DNA of 64,000 bases from an uncultured Candidatus Saccharibacteria bacterium (GCA_964596325.1 CAZQSQ010000002.1:10820-74819); one strand, 5' to 3'; positions 27,780 through 38,372 are shown, counted from the first letter of the stretch. The notes: generated by a model from the letters alone, not told the origin. Numbers and translations: made by a program.

Positions 27780-28748
27780 ATGCTGATTGATGATGTCAAA
27801 ATAACCGTATATGCCGGCAAAGGCGGCGCCGGCGAAGTCGCATGGTCCAGAATTAAACTCCAAAAGGGCCCGATGGGTGGAGATGGCGGCAAAGGAGGCA
27901 GCGTTTACGCTGTCGGTGTTTCTAATTTGGGAGCCCTCAACCAATTCCGCTATATCAAAGATATCAAAGCCGAAAACGGCAAAGCCGGCGAAGGTTATTT
28001 GCGCCGGGGCCAAACCGGCAGCGACAAATTCATCAATGTACCGGTGGGAACGGTCATCCATTTTTTAGATAAAGATCAAAAAATAGAAATCACTAAAATC
28101 GGCGAAAAAGAACTTTTAGCCAAGGGTGGCAATGGCGGCTGGGGCAATTATCGCTTCCAATCCTCGACTAACCGCTCACCCAAAAATGCCAATCCGGGCC
28201 TGCCTGGCGAAACCGTTAAATTGCGCCTCGAGTTAAAAATGATGGCCGATATCGGTTTAATCGGCTTGCCCAATGCTGGCAAATCCAGTTTGATAAACGA
28301 AATTACCAATGCCCAGAGCCGGGTGGCCAATTATCCTTTTACCACCCTTGAGCCTCACTTGGGAGTTTTCCAAGATTTGGTCATTGCCGACATTCCCGGA
28401 ATTATCGAAGGCGCGGCCAGCGGCAAAGGCTTGGGAATCAAGTTTTTGCGCCATGTGGAGAGAACCAAAACCCTTTTCCACCTGATTTCTGCCGAATCAA
28501 GCACCCCGATTAAAGATTACAAGGCTATTCGCAAAGAATTGGGCAAGTACAATAAAGCGCTATTGGAAAAAGACGAATACATTTTTATAACCAAGAGCGA
28601 TGCCACTAATCCCAAAGATGTGGCGAGAAAATTGGCCAAGCTCAAAAAAATGAATCCGGGCGCCATTGCCATTTCTATTTACGACTACGACAGCATTCAA
28701 AACGTCAGCCGCATTCTGGAAAAACTTAACAGCGAAAAGCAAGCCTAA
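27780..28748 (+). CDS. obg: GTPase Obg/CgtA
   Basis: Gly-rich Obg fold (GKGGAGEV..GGDGGKGGSV) followed by a G domain (GLPNAGKSSL, DIPGIIEGA). Confidence 0.92.
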   Translation: MLIDDVKITVYAGKGGAGEVAWSRIKLQKGPMGGDGGKGGSVYAVGVSNLGALNQFRYIKDIKAENGKAGEGYLRRGQTGSDKFINVPVGTVIHFLDKDQKIEITKIGEKELLAKGGNGGWGNYRFQSSTNRSPKNANPGLPGETVKLRLELKMMADIGLIGLPNAGKSSLINEITNAQSRVANYPFTTLEPHLGVFQDLVIADIPGIIEGAASGKGLGIKFLRHVERTKTLFHLISAESSTPIKDYKAIRKELGKYNKALLEKDEYIFITKSDATNPKDVARKLAKLKKMNPGAIAISIYDYDSIQNVSRILEKLNSEKQA

Positions 28749-28775
28749 AACTTTCCAGTATTTTAGACAAACAAA

Positions 28776-28800
28776 AAATCCCCTCACGGGGATTTTTTTA
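28776..28800. terminator. Bidirectional terminator (aaatcccc-tcac-ggggattt flanked by A/T runs) between obg and the convergent secreted-protein gene
   Basis: 8-bp perfect stem with an A6 run 5' and a T7 run 3'. Confidence 0.55.
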
Positions 28801-28807
28801 TAAACAA

Positions 28808-29545
28808 TTACTTCTTGTTCTGCACCATCTTTTCCAGTTGCTTCTGAGCCAGAAAATATTGGGCGTTTTGATTGGCGTCTTGAAAATTAACAAAAGATGC
28901 GCCCAGTTGCTTGCGGAAAATCAAAGTGGCAATAACGGCTAAAATAAACGGCAGAATGATAAAATCTCCCAAATTGGCAGTCAACCCGGTATTTAAGGCG
29001 CTAGCCTGCACCGGCCCGGTCGTGGTTCCGGCCAAACCCTGCCTCCAAACAAAAGCCGTGGCAGTATCGGCAACCGGCACATGGCTCTTATCGAGCACGA
29101 AAACTGCGATTAATTCGTTTTGTCCATAAACCAAATTTTCATTTTTGCCCACGGTCGCAGTTAAGGTAATAACCTTGGTTTGCCCTTTGGCAATATCGCC
29201 CAAGAAAATCCCTTTCTTCTGGTCATAGGTGACAGCTTTCCCGTCAACCTTGATGTCTTTTTGCATGGTCAGGTTACGGCCCAAAATCGTCTGCACATAC
29301 ACCTGCTTTTGCACTTCTTTAGAAATGTTTTCCACGTCCACGCGGTATTGGAGAGTGTCCTTTGGCGCGGCTTTAACCGCTTCCTGCCAAGGGGCTTGAT
29401 TATTACCCGAGACTTTTATCCAGCTGCCAATGCTAATGGTGGGCGGCTGTTTAGAAACAATGGAATTGCTAGTCGAAGTAGCGCCCAAAGCAGTGCCGGC
29501 CATTAATATCCCCAAAAGCGCGAATAAAAATAAGGTCTTTTTCAT
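28808..29545 (-). CDS. Hypothetical bitopic surface protein (signal peptide, beta-rich ectodomain, C-terminal TM anchor)
   Basis: MKKTLFLFALLGILMAGTALG signal and a C-proximal hydrophobic helix FIILPFILAVIATLIF followed by RKQ. Confidence 0.5.
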   Translation of the reverse strand: MKKTLFLFALLGILMAGTALGATSTSNSIVSKQPPTISIGSWIKVSGNNQAPWQEAVKAAPKDTLQYRVDVENISKEVQKQVYVQTILGRNLTMQKDIKVDGKAVTYDQKKGIFLGDIAKGQTKVITLTATVGKNENLVYGQNELIAVFVLDKSHVPVADTATAFVWRQGLAGTTTGPVQASALNTGLTANLGDFIILPFILAVIATLIFRKQLGASFVNFQDANQNAQYFLAQKQLEKMVQNKK

Positions 29546-29634
29546 ATATTTGTTTTCTGCCCACATAATTGCACAAAACCCATGGCCTGTAAAGGGCGAA
29601 TCGGCCGCAAAAAAAGCCCTGAAAAAGGGCGTTA

Positions 29635-30162
29635 TTATGCTTTATTTGCTACTTTGCTTTGGGCACTTTGAAGGATTTTTTTGTAGGTAGGCTTGCATTT
29701 TTTCGGTATCTTGGAAACAACTTCGGGTTTCGAAACAATGCGCATGAAGCTCAAATCATCATAAGAAAAATCTTTGACAAGTTCCAAAATATCCAGACCC
29801 TTGGCAATGGCTTTTTTCATGACCTTGAGGTCTTCGCGAATTTCGTAGACGTATAGGATCAGAGCTTCGGGCCTAATCGCATTTGGCTCGCCCGAAAGTA
29901 TTTTGGTGGTTTGCGGCAGGGGGTAACTGTCAGCCAAGGTTTTGAGCGCTTTATAGCTCTCCTTAAAAGTAATAATCATTTCAATGCAGCGCGAAAGGGT
30001 GATTTTACCCGATTCCAATTCCTTCCGGGCAGCCTTTCTGGCATCAACTCGGCCAAAGCGCAATTTCCAAGTTTGGCTGTTCTCAAAATTCTGCCGATCA
30101 TCCAAATCTCCGGGGCGTAAACTGTCAACCTTGCCCTTCGTCTCCTCCTTACATTCAACCAT
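29635..30162 (-). CDS. Hypothetical protein
   Basis: AAGGAGG RBS 11 nt upstream of the ATG at 30162. The longer ORF start at 30213 has no RBS. No motifs recognised. Confidence 0.45.
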   Translation of the reverse strand: MVECKEETKGKVDSLRPGDLDDRQNFENSQTWKLRFGRVDARKAARKELESGKITLSRCIEMIITFKESYKALKTLADSYPLPQTTKILSGEPNAIRPEALILYVYEIREDLKVMKKAIAKGLDILELVKDFSYDDLSFMRIVSKPEVVSKIPKKCKPTYKKILQSAQSKVANKA

Positions 30163-30254
30163 GATTTTACAATCCTCCTTTAGTAGTGTCGATTTTTTTG
30201 AATAAAGGTACACTAAATTATATCATTATTAAAATATCTGTCAACTCGAAAGTC

Positions 30255-30286
30255 CCAAATAAAAAACCCGCCCCAAAAGAGGCGGG
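30255..30286 (-). terminator. Intrinsic terminator downstream of the ferredoxin gene (GGCGGG..CCCGCC stem plus U6 on the minus strand)
   Basis: 6-bp GC stem with an 8-nt loop followed by TTTTTTATTT on the minus strand. Confidence 0.55.
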
Positions 30287-30303
30287 CTCCTTATTTTGTT
30301 GAA

Positions 30304-30522
30304 TTATTTCTCAGTTTTAATGGCCTGCACTGGGCAACCATTAACCGCATCGTCAATTCCATTGATCGGCTCGTCGGAAACCAATTCCTCCCTTCCGGCT
30401 GGGCCTTTTGTGCCTTTAATTAAATGGGATTTGCCATCCGTGCCGATTTCGAAAACCTGGGGGCAGATGGCAGCGCAAGCGCCGCATCCGATACATTTGC
30501 TGGTCTCTAAAATTACCTTCAT
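30304..30522 (-). CDS. Small ferredoxin (single 4Fe-4S cluster, 72 aa)
   Basis: CIGCGACAAICP motif plus a distal CP motif. Confidence 0.75.
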   Translation of the reverse strand: MKVILETSKCIGCGACAAICPQVFEIGTDGKSHLIKGTKGPAGREELVSDEPINGIDDAVNGCPVQAIKTEK

Positions 30523-30570
30523 ATTTTTTATTTACTTATTCTACAATTTTTAGGCTTAGCTAGTCAATGA

Positions 30571-31548
30571 TTAAACCGATTTCACAATAACTTTCACTTT
30601 TGTCCACTTTTTGGCAGGATCTTGGAAATTCCACTTGGCACCCATGGTTTTGACATTGGCCGTGGCATTAGCCGTGCCGAATTGCAAACCGTCCACAATA
30701 CTCCCAGTCCGCATATACGCGTATAAAAATCCAGCATTAAAAGAGTCTCCTGCTCCGGTTTTATCAACCACTTTAGCCGGGAGAATCCCCGCCTTATAAA
30801 TGCTTTGCCCATCACAAGCCATGGCACCATCCTTACCTAAAGTCAAAACTGCAAGGCCGCCGGTTAACTTGCAAATCTCCCTAGCCATCTCCTCATATTT
30901 TTTACCGCTTCCGCAAAGCACCTCCGCCTCTTCCTCATTAAGGCTGATGATATCAATGCCTTTGAGAGCCTTTTTATTCTTGGAATAATATTCAGCTTGC
31001 GGCTTACTGGGGTTGGCATAAATCTTTGCCCCATTTTCTTTGGCAAACTTGAAAACCGTCGGCATGATGGTCAGATTTTTGCCCGTCATCGGCCCGACAA
31101 AAATCCATTTGGCCGAAAGGCCGGATAAATCCAAATCTTTTTTGGAAAATTCCGAAGAAGCGCCCCGATAAACCAAGATGGTCCTGTCCACCCCGGGGTG
31201 AATCAACACGATTGATTGATTGGTTGGAACCTTTTTATTCTTTTTTACCAAAGAGACGTCGGCACCATACTTCTTAAGTTCGGTTAAAACATTGTCTCCG
31301 GGCAAATCATCGCCGACCATGCCCGCCCATGCGGTTTTTACGCCAAAAAAGGCCAACGCTGCCGAAACATTACTGCCGCCCCCGCCGGTAAATGACATTA
31401 ACGTCTGGGCGTCAACTTTCGAGCCGAGCCGGAAACAATAAGCGACTTTTAAGTCCGCGACATGGTTATAAACATGATCCTCCTTAAAAAACAGATAAGT
31501 GTCGCGCGTACCCGAACCAATGGCGACTACATCAAATTCTTTGCTCAT
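30571..31548 (-). CDS. PfkB-family carbohydrate kinase (ribokinase-like fold)
   Basis: GGGGSNVSAALAFFG and TGAGDSFNAGFLYAY motifs. 325 aa. Confidence 0.8.
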   Translation of the reverse strand: MSKEFDVVAIGSGTRDTYLFFKEDHVYNHVADLKVAYCFRLGSKVDAQTLMSFTGGGGSNVSAALAFFGVKTAWAGMVGDDLPGDNVLTELKKYGADVSLVKKNKKVPTNQSIVLIHPGVDRTILVYRGASSEFSKKDLDLSGLSAKWIFVGPMTGKNLTIMPTVFKFAKENGAKIYANPSKPQAEYYSKNKKALKGIDIISLNEEEAEVLCGSGKKYEEMAREICKLTGGLAVLTLGKDGAMACDGQSIYKAGILPAKVVDKTGAGDSFNAGFLYAYMRTGSIVDGLQFGTANATANVKTMGAKWNFQDPAKKWTKVKVIVKSV

Positions 31549-33950
31549 TTTGTTTGTTTTTGCTTTTGCGATTGCGCCAAAGCATATAAAGTTTTCACCA
31601 CTGCGTCGGGAGACAAGGAAATTGATTTAATCCCCGCCTCAATTAGGAAATCCGCAAAACCCTCAATCGTTGAGGGCGCATCCCCGCAGATACCTACATA
31701 TTTGTTGTTTGTCACGCATTTGTCAACCGCCATCTTAATCAGTTTCTTCACAGCTCCATTGGTTTCATTGCCAATGACAGCCAAACCGCCATTATCACGG
31801 TCCAAACCCAAGGCGCATTGGGTCAAATCATTGGAGCCGATTGAAAAGCCGTCGCAGATCGCCAAAAACTCATCAGCCAACATGACATTGCTGGGTATTT
31901 CGCACATAATATAAACTTTCAAACCGTTTTTGCCGCGGGCCAAATCCGCTTCCTTCATCACTTCCATTACCTTTAGCGCCTCCTCGGGTGTGCGGCAGAA
32001 TGGGATCATGACATGCAGATTGTCCAAGCCGTAAACCTCGCGCACCTTTTTCATGGCCAAACATTCTAATTTGAACGCCTCCTTAAAACGGGGGTCATAA
32101 TAGCGGGAGGCACCGCGCCAACCGATCATGGGGTTTTCTTCCTTGGGTTCAAATAGCTTTCCGCCCAAAAGCGATTCGTATTCATTGGTCTTGAAGTCGG
32201 AAAAGCGCACAATTACTTCGCGCGGGTAAAAGGCCGCGGCAATTTGGCTGACCCCTTCGGCCAATTCGTCGATAAAATACTGGGTTTTGCTCGGATAGCC
32301 GGCCGTGAGCTCGTCTAATTTTTGCTTGATTTGCATATCGGCGATTTTATCATAGTCGACAAGCGCCATAGGATGAGCTTTAATTTTTTCCGCAATAATA
32401 AACTCCTCCCGTGCCAAGCCCACGCCTTCCACTGGCAAATAGGAATATTTGAAAGCGCCGTCGGGCGTGCCGATATTCATGGCAATTTTAACCGGCAGCT
32501 CGGGAATTTCCTTCAAGTCATAACGCTGCATATCAAAAGGCACCTGCCCTTCGTAAACCACACCCTTACGCCCTTGCGAGCAATCAACGGTTATTTCTTT
32601 GCCGCTCGCAAGTTTTTTGGAACCATCTTTAGTCCCGACGATACAGGGCACTCCCAGCTCGCGCGACACAATGGCGGCATGCGAAGTGGTCCCGCCCTCA
32701 TCAGTGACAATCGCCCCGGCGATGCGCATAATCGGCACCCAATCCGGATCAGTCATTTTCGTGACCAAAACCTCCCCTTTCTTAAACTCGGCAATTTTGG
32801 CCACATCTTGAATGATATGCACCTTGCCCTGCCCGATCTTATTACCTACGGCAATTCCCTGAACCAACTCCTTAAAGCCTTGGGGCTTAGTTTTGTATTC
32901 CACAAAATAACGGCCGACTTCCTCCTGGGCATGCACGGTTTCGGGCCTGGCCTGCACAATAAAAAGCTTTCCGGTTTGCCCGTCTTTGGCCCATTCCATA
33001 TCCATGGGCAATTTGTAATGTTCTTCAATTATTATTGCCCACTCCGCGAGCTTCAAGGCCTCATCTTGGGTAAGACAAAACTGTTTCCATTCTTTTTCCG
33101 GCACAGAAACTTCCTTGATGCCGTTATTGCCCGCATAAACATATTTCTGATCTTTACGGCCGAGATTTTTGACAATTAAAGACTTAAAACCTTTTTTGAA
33201 AGTCGGTTTATGCACGATAAAAGTATCCGGCGTAATCCGCCCTTTGACAATCATTTCGCCAATACCATAAATACCATTAATGACCACCACGTCGCGGAAG
33301 CCCGATTCAGTATCCAGGGAAAACATCACGCCCGAGGAAGCCAAATCCGAGCGCACCATTTTCTGTACCAAAACCGAAATGGCCACGCTTAGCTGGTCAA
33401 AGCCCTTTTCGTCGCGGTAAGCGATGGCGCGAGCCGTAAAAAGCGAAGCCATGCAATCCTTGACCGCATTAAGCAGTTGGCTCTCGCCGGAAATGTTGAG
33501 CATAGTTTCGTGCTGACCGGCAAAGCTGGCATTGGGCAAATCTTCGGCCGTGGCCGAGGAGCGCACCGCCACATCGGCATTTTTCAAACCATACTCTTGG
33601 CAAAGTATTTTATAATTTTCCAAAATTTGTTGTTTCAAATCATCAGGAAAACGGCCCCAGCGCACCTTAGCCATCAATTCCCGCGAAGTCTTTTGCAAAA
33701 GGGGAATATTTTTGGCATCAAAATTGGCAAAAGTCTTTTTCAAATGCTCGTCAATTTTATTGTGCGCCAAAAAATACCAAAACGAATCTGAAGTCAAAGC
33801 AAAAGCATTGGGAATGGGCACACCCTTGGCTGAAAGCTGCGAATACATTTCTCCCATCGAGGAATTTTTTCCGCCCACAAGTGCTACGTCTTCGCGGCGT
33901 AGATCTTTTATCCAAATGATTAACTTTTTATCCATATTTATTTTCTTCAT
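31545..33950 (-). CDS. ppsA: Phosphoenolpyruvate synthase (pyruvate, water dikinase)
   Basis: N-terminal ATP-grasp region (EDVALVGGKNSSMGEM), central phosphohistidine domain (GGTTSHAAIVSRELGVPCIVG) and a C-terminal PEP-utilising TIM barrel. About 800 aa. The start could be 33974, 33950 or 33935. Confidence 0.85.
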   Translation of the reverse strand: MKKINMDKKLIIWIKDLRREDVALVGGKNSSMGEMYSQLSAKGVPIPNAFALTSDSFWYFLAHNKIDEHLKKTFANFDAKNIPLLQKTSRELMAKVRWGRFPDDLKQQILENYKILCQEYGLKNADVAVRSSATAEDLPNASFAGQHETMLNISGESQLLNAVKDCMASLFTARAIAYRDEKGFDQLSVAISVLVQKMVRSDLASSGVMFSLDTESGFRDVVVINGIYGIGEMIVKGRITPDTFIVHKPTFKKGFKSLIVKNLGRKDQKYVYAGNNGIKEVSVPEKEWKQFCLTQDEALKLAEWAIIIEEHYKLPMDMEWAKDGQTGKLFIVQARPETVHAQEEVGRYFVEYKTKPQGFKELVQGIAVGNKIGQGKVHIIQDVAKIAEFKKGEVLVTKMTDPDWVPIMRIAGAIVTDEGGTTSHAAIVSRELGVPCIVGTKDGSKKLASGKEITVDCSQGRKGVVYEGQVPFDMQRYDLKEIPELPVKIAMNIGTPDGAFKYSYLPVEGVGLAREEFIIAEKIKAHPMALVDYDKIADMQIKQKLDELTAGYPSKTQYFIDELAEGVSQIAAAFYPREVIVRFSDFKTNEYESLLGGKLFEPKEENPMIGWRGASRYYDPRFKEAFKLECLAMKKVREVYGLDNLHVMIPFCRTPEEALKVMEVMKEADLARGKNGLKVYIMCEIPSNVMLADEFLAICDGFSIGSNDLTQCALGLDRDNGGLAVIGNETNGAVKKLIKMAVDKCVTNNKYVGICGDAPSTIEGFADFLIEAGIKSISLSPDAVVKTLYALAQSQKQKQTK

Positions 33951-34012
33951 TATAGCCTGAATTTGTAAAAACAAAAAAGCAGGATTTCAACATCCTGCTT
34001 TTTTCGCATTGT

Positions 34013-35215
34013 TTAGTTGCAAGAACCGCTGCTGCTGTCAGTGGTTCCCTCTCCGATTCCGGGACTGGCTACGGTTTTAGCCAAGACTGTCTCGCACTCC
34101 TTGGGCTTAACCGTGAAGGCCGCACAAACCGCTTTCTTAAACTCCTCGGGGGAGCGGTCCACTTGGACTTCTTCGCCATTAATGATGATTGTCGGCGAGC
34201 CTTGGACGTTATACTTCTTATTCAGTTCCTCATAAATCGGGAAAGCTTCAGACTTGTCATTGATATTGTATTTCTTCATTGTCGCCGCAAAGCAGGCGGC
34301 CAATTTAGCCTCATCAACCTGGGCTTGCTTGGCGCAATCTGCATGCTTGTCGGTTTTTACAAAGCAAGAAAGGTATTTGGAAAACTTCTCGGTTTGTTCG
34401 CTGGAAATGCAATACTGCCTGACATTTTGTTCCGCTTCGGTAAAACCATGCATGGTGTAATTCACATAATAAACACCCATGGAAGCCTTGTCTTTAAGTA
34501 AATCGTAAACCGGCAAAAACATTTTTTCCGCCTGTAAGCCGAATGGGCAATACGACATCACAAAAAGCTGCACCTCCGGCTTTGCCGTGGCCTTAACTTG
34601 CACGCTCGCCGCCTCAGTTTTGGTGGCAGCTCCCTTAACCTCGGCCGTTGGCTTGATTGGCTCCAAGGAATTTATGGCCGCGGGAAAAATGTATTTTCCG
34701 TCTTCGCTGACATAAACCAAACCGCGACTTTCTTTGGTTTTGCCGTCTACCAGAGTGATTTCATAAACCCCACCCTCTTTCTTGTATGACTTGAAAGCCA
34801 AATCCGGTAATTGCTCGGATTTAAGCTCGCTATTTATATACTTAACAGTCTTCAGAGCCACCAAATAAGACAACAAAGGCTCGAACTTATTGGTTTTTTC
34901 CGAAACTATTATTTGGGCTTGGCCCGCTGGGGCACAAGAGCAGGCTCCATCTTTAGCCACAGAAATTTTTGTAGTTTCTTGGCTGGCAGGCGCCGTCTCA
35001 TCCTCGGGGGCCTTTTGGGTCTCGCTTGGCAAGTTGCAAGCAGCGTTTTGTTCGCTGTTATTGGCTTGGGCGCGAGCCTCATCTAGGGCTTTTTGCAACC
35101 CTTGGTTGTTGCCATAAAGCGTCAGGAGGAAGATGGCGCTTATTGCCAACAACGAAATCAAGATAACATTTAAGCTAACTTTCCCTTTCGGGCTTTCGTG
35201 TTGCATAACTGTCAT
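34013..35215 (-). CDS. Extracytoplasmic DsbA-like thioredoxin-fold protein with a degenerate CPFG motif (paralog A)
   Basis: N-terminal TM helix, a low-complexity linker, then FVMSYCPFGLQAEK (CPxC-like with the second Cys replaced by Gly) and a cis-Pro-type QGSPTIIINGEEV block. Extra Cys pairs and a C-terminal ..GSCN. Homologous to ORF 38373..39473. Confidence 0.55.
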   Translation of the reverse strand: MTVMQHESPKGKVSLNVILISLLAISAIFLLTLYGNNQGLQKALDEARAQANNSEQNAACNLPSETQKAPEDETAPASQETTKISVAKDGACSCAPAGQAQIIVSEKTNKFEPLLSYLVALKTVKYINSELKSEQLPDLAFKSYKKEGGVYEITLVDGKTKESRGLVYVSEDGKYIFPAAINSLEPIKPTAEVKGAATKTEAASVQVKATAKPEVQLFVMSYCPFGLQAEKMFLPVYDLLKDKASMGVYYVNYTMHGFTEAEQNVRQYCISSEQTEKFSKYLSCFVKTDKHADCAKQAQVDEAKLAACFAATMKKYNINDKSEAFPIYEELNKKYNVQGSPTIIINGEEVQVDRSPEEFKKAVCAAFTVKPKECETVLAKTVASPGIGEGTTDSSSGSCN

Positions 35216-36567
35216 TTATTTTTCATCTTTGCTAAAATATTGGCCGCTTTGCGGGGATCGGAGAAATTGGGGATTTTGTTTTCCTCCAAAACATTTATTC
35301 CCGGCAATGTCATCTTGCCCCCTAAAAAGCAGCAAACTATTGGTTTATCCGCATGCCCTTTTGCAGCATGTGCGGTTATGTTAGCATTCTCGATTGGATT
35401 TGTCATTATTTGCATGGTCTGCAAAACTATCAGAGCAGAAATGTCTTTTTGGTCAAGTAAAGCATTTATGGCCGCTTCGTATTTTTGAGCCGTGGCATCA
35501 CCCACAACGTCTACAGGGTTGGCCTTTGACCAGGCCGGATGCATAACACCGGGCGCCTCCAAAATCTTCAGGGTTTTACCGTCTAAATTTGCCAGTTCCA
35601 AACCAAACTCTTGGCAGGCATCAGCCGTTAAAACACCCACCCCGCCGCCATTGGTCACTATCCCGATTTTGCCAGTAAAACGCGGCTGCCAAGCCAAGGC
35701 CTTGCACAAATCCAGCAGCTCTTCCACGCTTTGAGCCTCGATGGCGCCGGCTTTTTGGAATGCGGCCTGATAAATCTTATACTCTCCGGCCAAGGAACCG
35801 GTATGCGTGCTGGCTGCCTTTTTGCCCACCTCTCCTTTGCCGGCTTTGATAACCACGATTGGCTTGCTTTGGCTGACTTCCTGGCAAGCTTTGACGAATT
35901 CCCGGCCGTTGTTAATTCCTTCAATATAAATTCCAATAACTTTTGTTTGCGGGTCTTTGCCGCAGGCCAGAATCAATTCCGACAGATTAATATCGCCCTC
36001 ATTGCCAATGGAGATAATTTTTGAAAAACCGTAATTTTGCGCCAGCGACACATCAATTATCGAGTCAATCATGGCACCACTTTGCGAAATCAAGGCGATT
36101 GCTCCGGCCTTGGGGCTCGCCGGGGCAAATGAAGCATTAAGATTGGCCCAGGGATTAAGAACGCCCAAACAGTTCGGACCCAAAAGCGGAATACCCGCCT
36201 TTTTCAAAGCCGCTACCAAACCTTCTTGAATTTTTTGGCCTTCAGCTCCGGTTTCGGCAAACCCAGCGGAAATTATTATGACCGCTCCAACCTTATTAGT
36301 AATGCATTCGTCGATAATCATGGGCACAATTTTTGCCGGTACTGCAATGACCGCCAAATCAATTACTGCCCCGATATCTGAAAGCGACTTATGCGTCTTG
36401 ATGCCAAAAATTTCCGCCTCATTAGGATTGACAAAATATATCTCCCTGTGTTCCTTCCCTTCAAGGACATTTTTTGCCAAGCCCGAGCCGACTGTATTAG
36501 CCAGGCTGTTGGCCCCGATAATGGCGATGCTTTTTGGTTCAAATAACGCCTGAAAATTTCTGGGCAT
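35212..36567 (-). CDS. Acetate--CoA ligase (ADP-forming), alpha subunit (CoA-binding plus ligase-CoA domains)
   Basis: KSIAIIGANSLANTVG Rossmann/CoA-binding motif, and the succinyl-CoA-synthetase-alpha-like phosphohistidine loop GTHTGSLAGEYKIYQAAF. Start set at MPRNFQ because the 60-codon extension overlaps the upstream gene. Confidence 0.8.
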   Translation of the reverse strand: MPRNFQALFEPKSIAIIGANSLANTVGSGLAKNVLEGKEHREIYFVNPNEAEIFGIKTHKSLSDIGAVIDLAVIAVPAKIVPMIIDECITNKVGAVIIISAGFAETGAEGQKIQEGLVAALKKAGIPLLGPNCLGVLNPWANLNASFAPASPKAGAIALISQSGAMIDSIIDVSLAQNYGFSKIISIGNEGDINLSELILACGKDPQTKVIGIYIEGINNGREFVKACQEVSQSKPIVVIKAGKGEVGKKAASTHTGSLAGEYKIYQAAFQKAGAIEAQSVEELLDLCKALAWQPRFTGKIGIVTNGGGVGVLTADACQEFGLELANLDGKTLKILEAPGVMHPAWSKANPVDVVGDATAQKYEAAINALLDQKDISALIVLQTMQIMTNPIENANITAHAAKGHADKPIVCCFLGGKMTLPGINVLEENKIPNFSDPRKAANILAKMKNK

Positions 36568-36568
36568 A

Positions 36569-37183
36569 TTATTGTAAAATTTTGAAATCCACGGCAATGG
36601 TAGCATGTTTGGCGGCCATGACCGGATTAAAATCAATTTCGGAAATGTTTGTCTCGTTTTCCGCCAACCGGCTGACTTTGCTGATAAAGCCGGCCAGAGC
36701 TTCCAAATCGGCCTGTTCGCCCCCGCGCTCGCCCTGCAATACCGCAAAACCTTTAATTTCCCGTATCATGCCCAACGCCTCCTCCTTGCTGACTGGGCAA
36801 AGCCGAAAGGAAACGTCTTTTAAGATTTCGACAAAAATCCCGCCTAAACCGAACATGATTACCGGCCCAAATTGCCTATCATACTTGACGCCAATGGACA
36901 CTTGGTGCCCGCTTTCCATTTTTTGCACCATTATTTGTTTGGCCTTGCCTTGCAAATCCTTAAAGGCCAGCTCCAACTCAGCAGCGTTTTTAATATTAAT
37001 TTTAACCCCACCAAGTTCCGAGCGGTGCAGAACATCATCGCCCCAAATTTTTGCCACGACCGGATAGCCGATTTTTTGCGCATAGTTTTTGGCTTGGCCA
37101 AAGTCTTCAAATATCTCTGAGGGTGCGACTGGTATTGAATATTTTTCCAACAGCTCCTTGCTCTTTTGAAAATCTAAAAGCAT
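36569..37183 (-). CDS. Acetate--CoA ligase (ADP-forming), beta/ATP-grasp subunit
   Basis: ATP-grasp-like block (YPVVAKIWGDDVLHRSELGGVKINIKN). Tail-to-head with the alpha-subunit gene (stop and start overlap). Confidence 0.7.
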   Translation of the reverse strand: MLLDFQKSKELLEKYSIPVAPSEIFEDFGQAKNYAQKIGYPVVAKIWGDDVLHRSELGGVKINIKNAAELELAFKDLQGKAKQIMVQKMESGHQVSIGVKYDRQFGPVIMFGLGGIFVEILKDVSFRLCPVSKEEALGMIREIKGFAVLQGERGGEQADLEALAGFISKVSRLAENETNISEIDFNPVMAAKHATIAVDFKILQ

Positions 37184-37297
37184 ATTGCTTATATTATAGC
37201 AAATGATTAAAAATTTACTAAAAGCCCCTTTTATAAGGGGCAATTTTCTGAAATTTTGACGATTAGCCCTTATTAGCGGCTTTTAAGTACCTTCGCA

Positions 37298-38293
37298 TCA
37301 TGCTTCGGCGGCTCGAAGACAAAATTCTCCCAACCTGCAAGAATATGCCCACTCATTATCATACCAAGCGACAACCTTTACCAGATTCCCGCTAGCCATA
37401 GTTAAAGGTGCATCTAAAATCGAGGAATAAGTATCGCCTTTGAAGTCCATGGAAACCAATTGCTCTTCGCTGACGCGGAAAACACCTTTAATTTCATTGG
37501 CCTTAAAAACATCATTGAGCTCTTCCTTGGTCGTCTCCTTTTTAAGAGTGCAAACAAAATCAACTATGGAAACCGTGGGCGTGGGCACACGCAAAGAAAG
37601 GCCATCAAGCTTGCCGGATTTTTCGCCCAAAACTTTGCCAACCGTTTTGGCGGCACCTGTGCTGGTGGGAATAATATTCAAACCGGCAGCGCGGGCACGG
37701 CGCAAATCCTTGTGCGGCAAATCCAATATATTCTGGTCGTTGGTATAGCTGTGGACCGTGGTCATAAACCCTTTCTCGATGCCAAAATTATCCGCGAGGA
37801 TTTTGACAACGGGAGCCAAACAATTCGTGGTGCAAGAACCCATATCAATAACATCATCAGAGCAACCGGCTAAATCCTGGTCATTGATTCCAATAACAAA
37901 TGATTTTACTTTATCGGGCGTTTTTGACGGCGCCGACAAGATAACCCTTTTAGCTCCGGCTTCGATGTGCTTATGCGCGTCTTCGTATTTGGTGAAAGCG
38001 CCAGTGCACTCCAAAACAACATCGACTCCCAGCTCCTTCCACGGCAATTTAGTGGGATCTTTTTCGGAAAGGAGTTTTATTTCTTTCCCGTCTATCACCA
38101 TCGCCCCCTCCTTTTCTTCGACTTCGAAGCCGCAATAGCCATACGAAGAATCATATTGGAGAAGGTGCACCAAAGTGTGGTTATCAGTGAGGTCGTTGAT
38201 GGCCACTACTTCGATTTGCGGGATATTTTTGATGATATTACGGAAAGTTAAACGGCCAATTCTCCCAAAGCCGTTGATTGCAATTTTTGGCAT
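37298..38293 (-). CDS. gap: Glyceraldehyde-3-phosphate dehydrogenase (type I)
   Basis: MPKIAINGFGRIGR NAD-binding start and the SCTTNCLAP catalytic Cys motif. The ORF-track N-terminal 65-aa extension overlaps the upstream gene and has no homology, so it is not included. Confidence 0.92.
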   Translation of the reverse strand: MPKIAINGFGRIGRLTFRNIIKNIPQIEVVAINDLTDNHTLVHLLQYDSSYGYCGFEVEEKEGAMVIDGKEIKLLSEKDPTKLPWKELGVDVVLECTGAFTKYEDAHKHIEAGAKRVILSAPSKTPDKVKSFVIGINDQDLAGCSDDVIDMGSCTTNCLAPVVKILADNFGIEKGFMTTVHSYTNDQNILDLPHKDLRRARAAGLNIIPTSTGAAKTVGKVLGEKSGKLDGLSLRVPTPTVSIVDFVCTLKKETTKEELNDVFKANEIKGVFRVSEEQLVSMDFKGDTYSSILDAPLTMASGNLVKVVAWYDNEWAYSCRLGEFCLRAAEA

Positions 38294-38372
38294 AGTATTT
38301 ATTTCAAACAAATTATAGCAAATGCGTTCTAAAAAGCAAAAACCTCCGCTCGCGCGGAGGTTTAAGAAAAAA

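Noticed and set aside
32322-33179. 285-aa plus-strand ORF
   Set aside because: It lies entirely antisense within ppsA, whose translation has clear PEP synthase motifs. It has no RBS and is His/Phe-rich junk typical of antisense frames.
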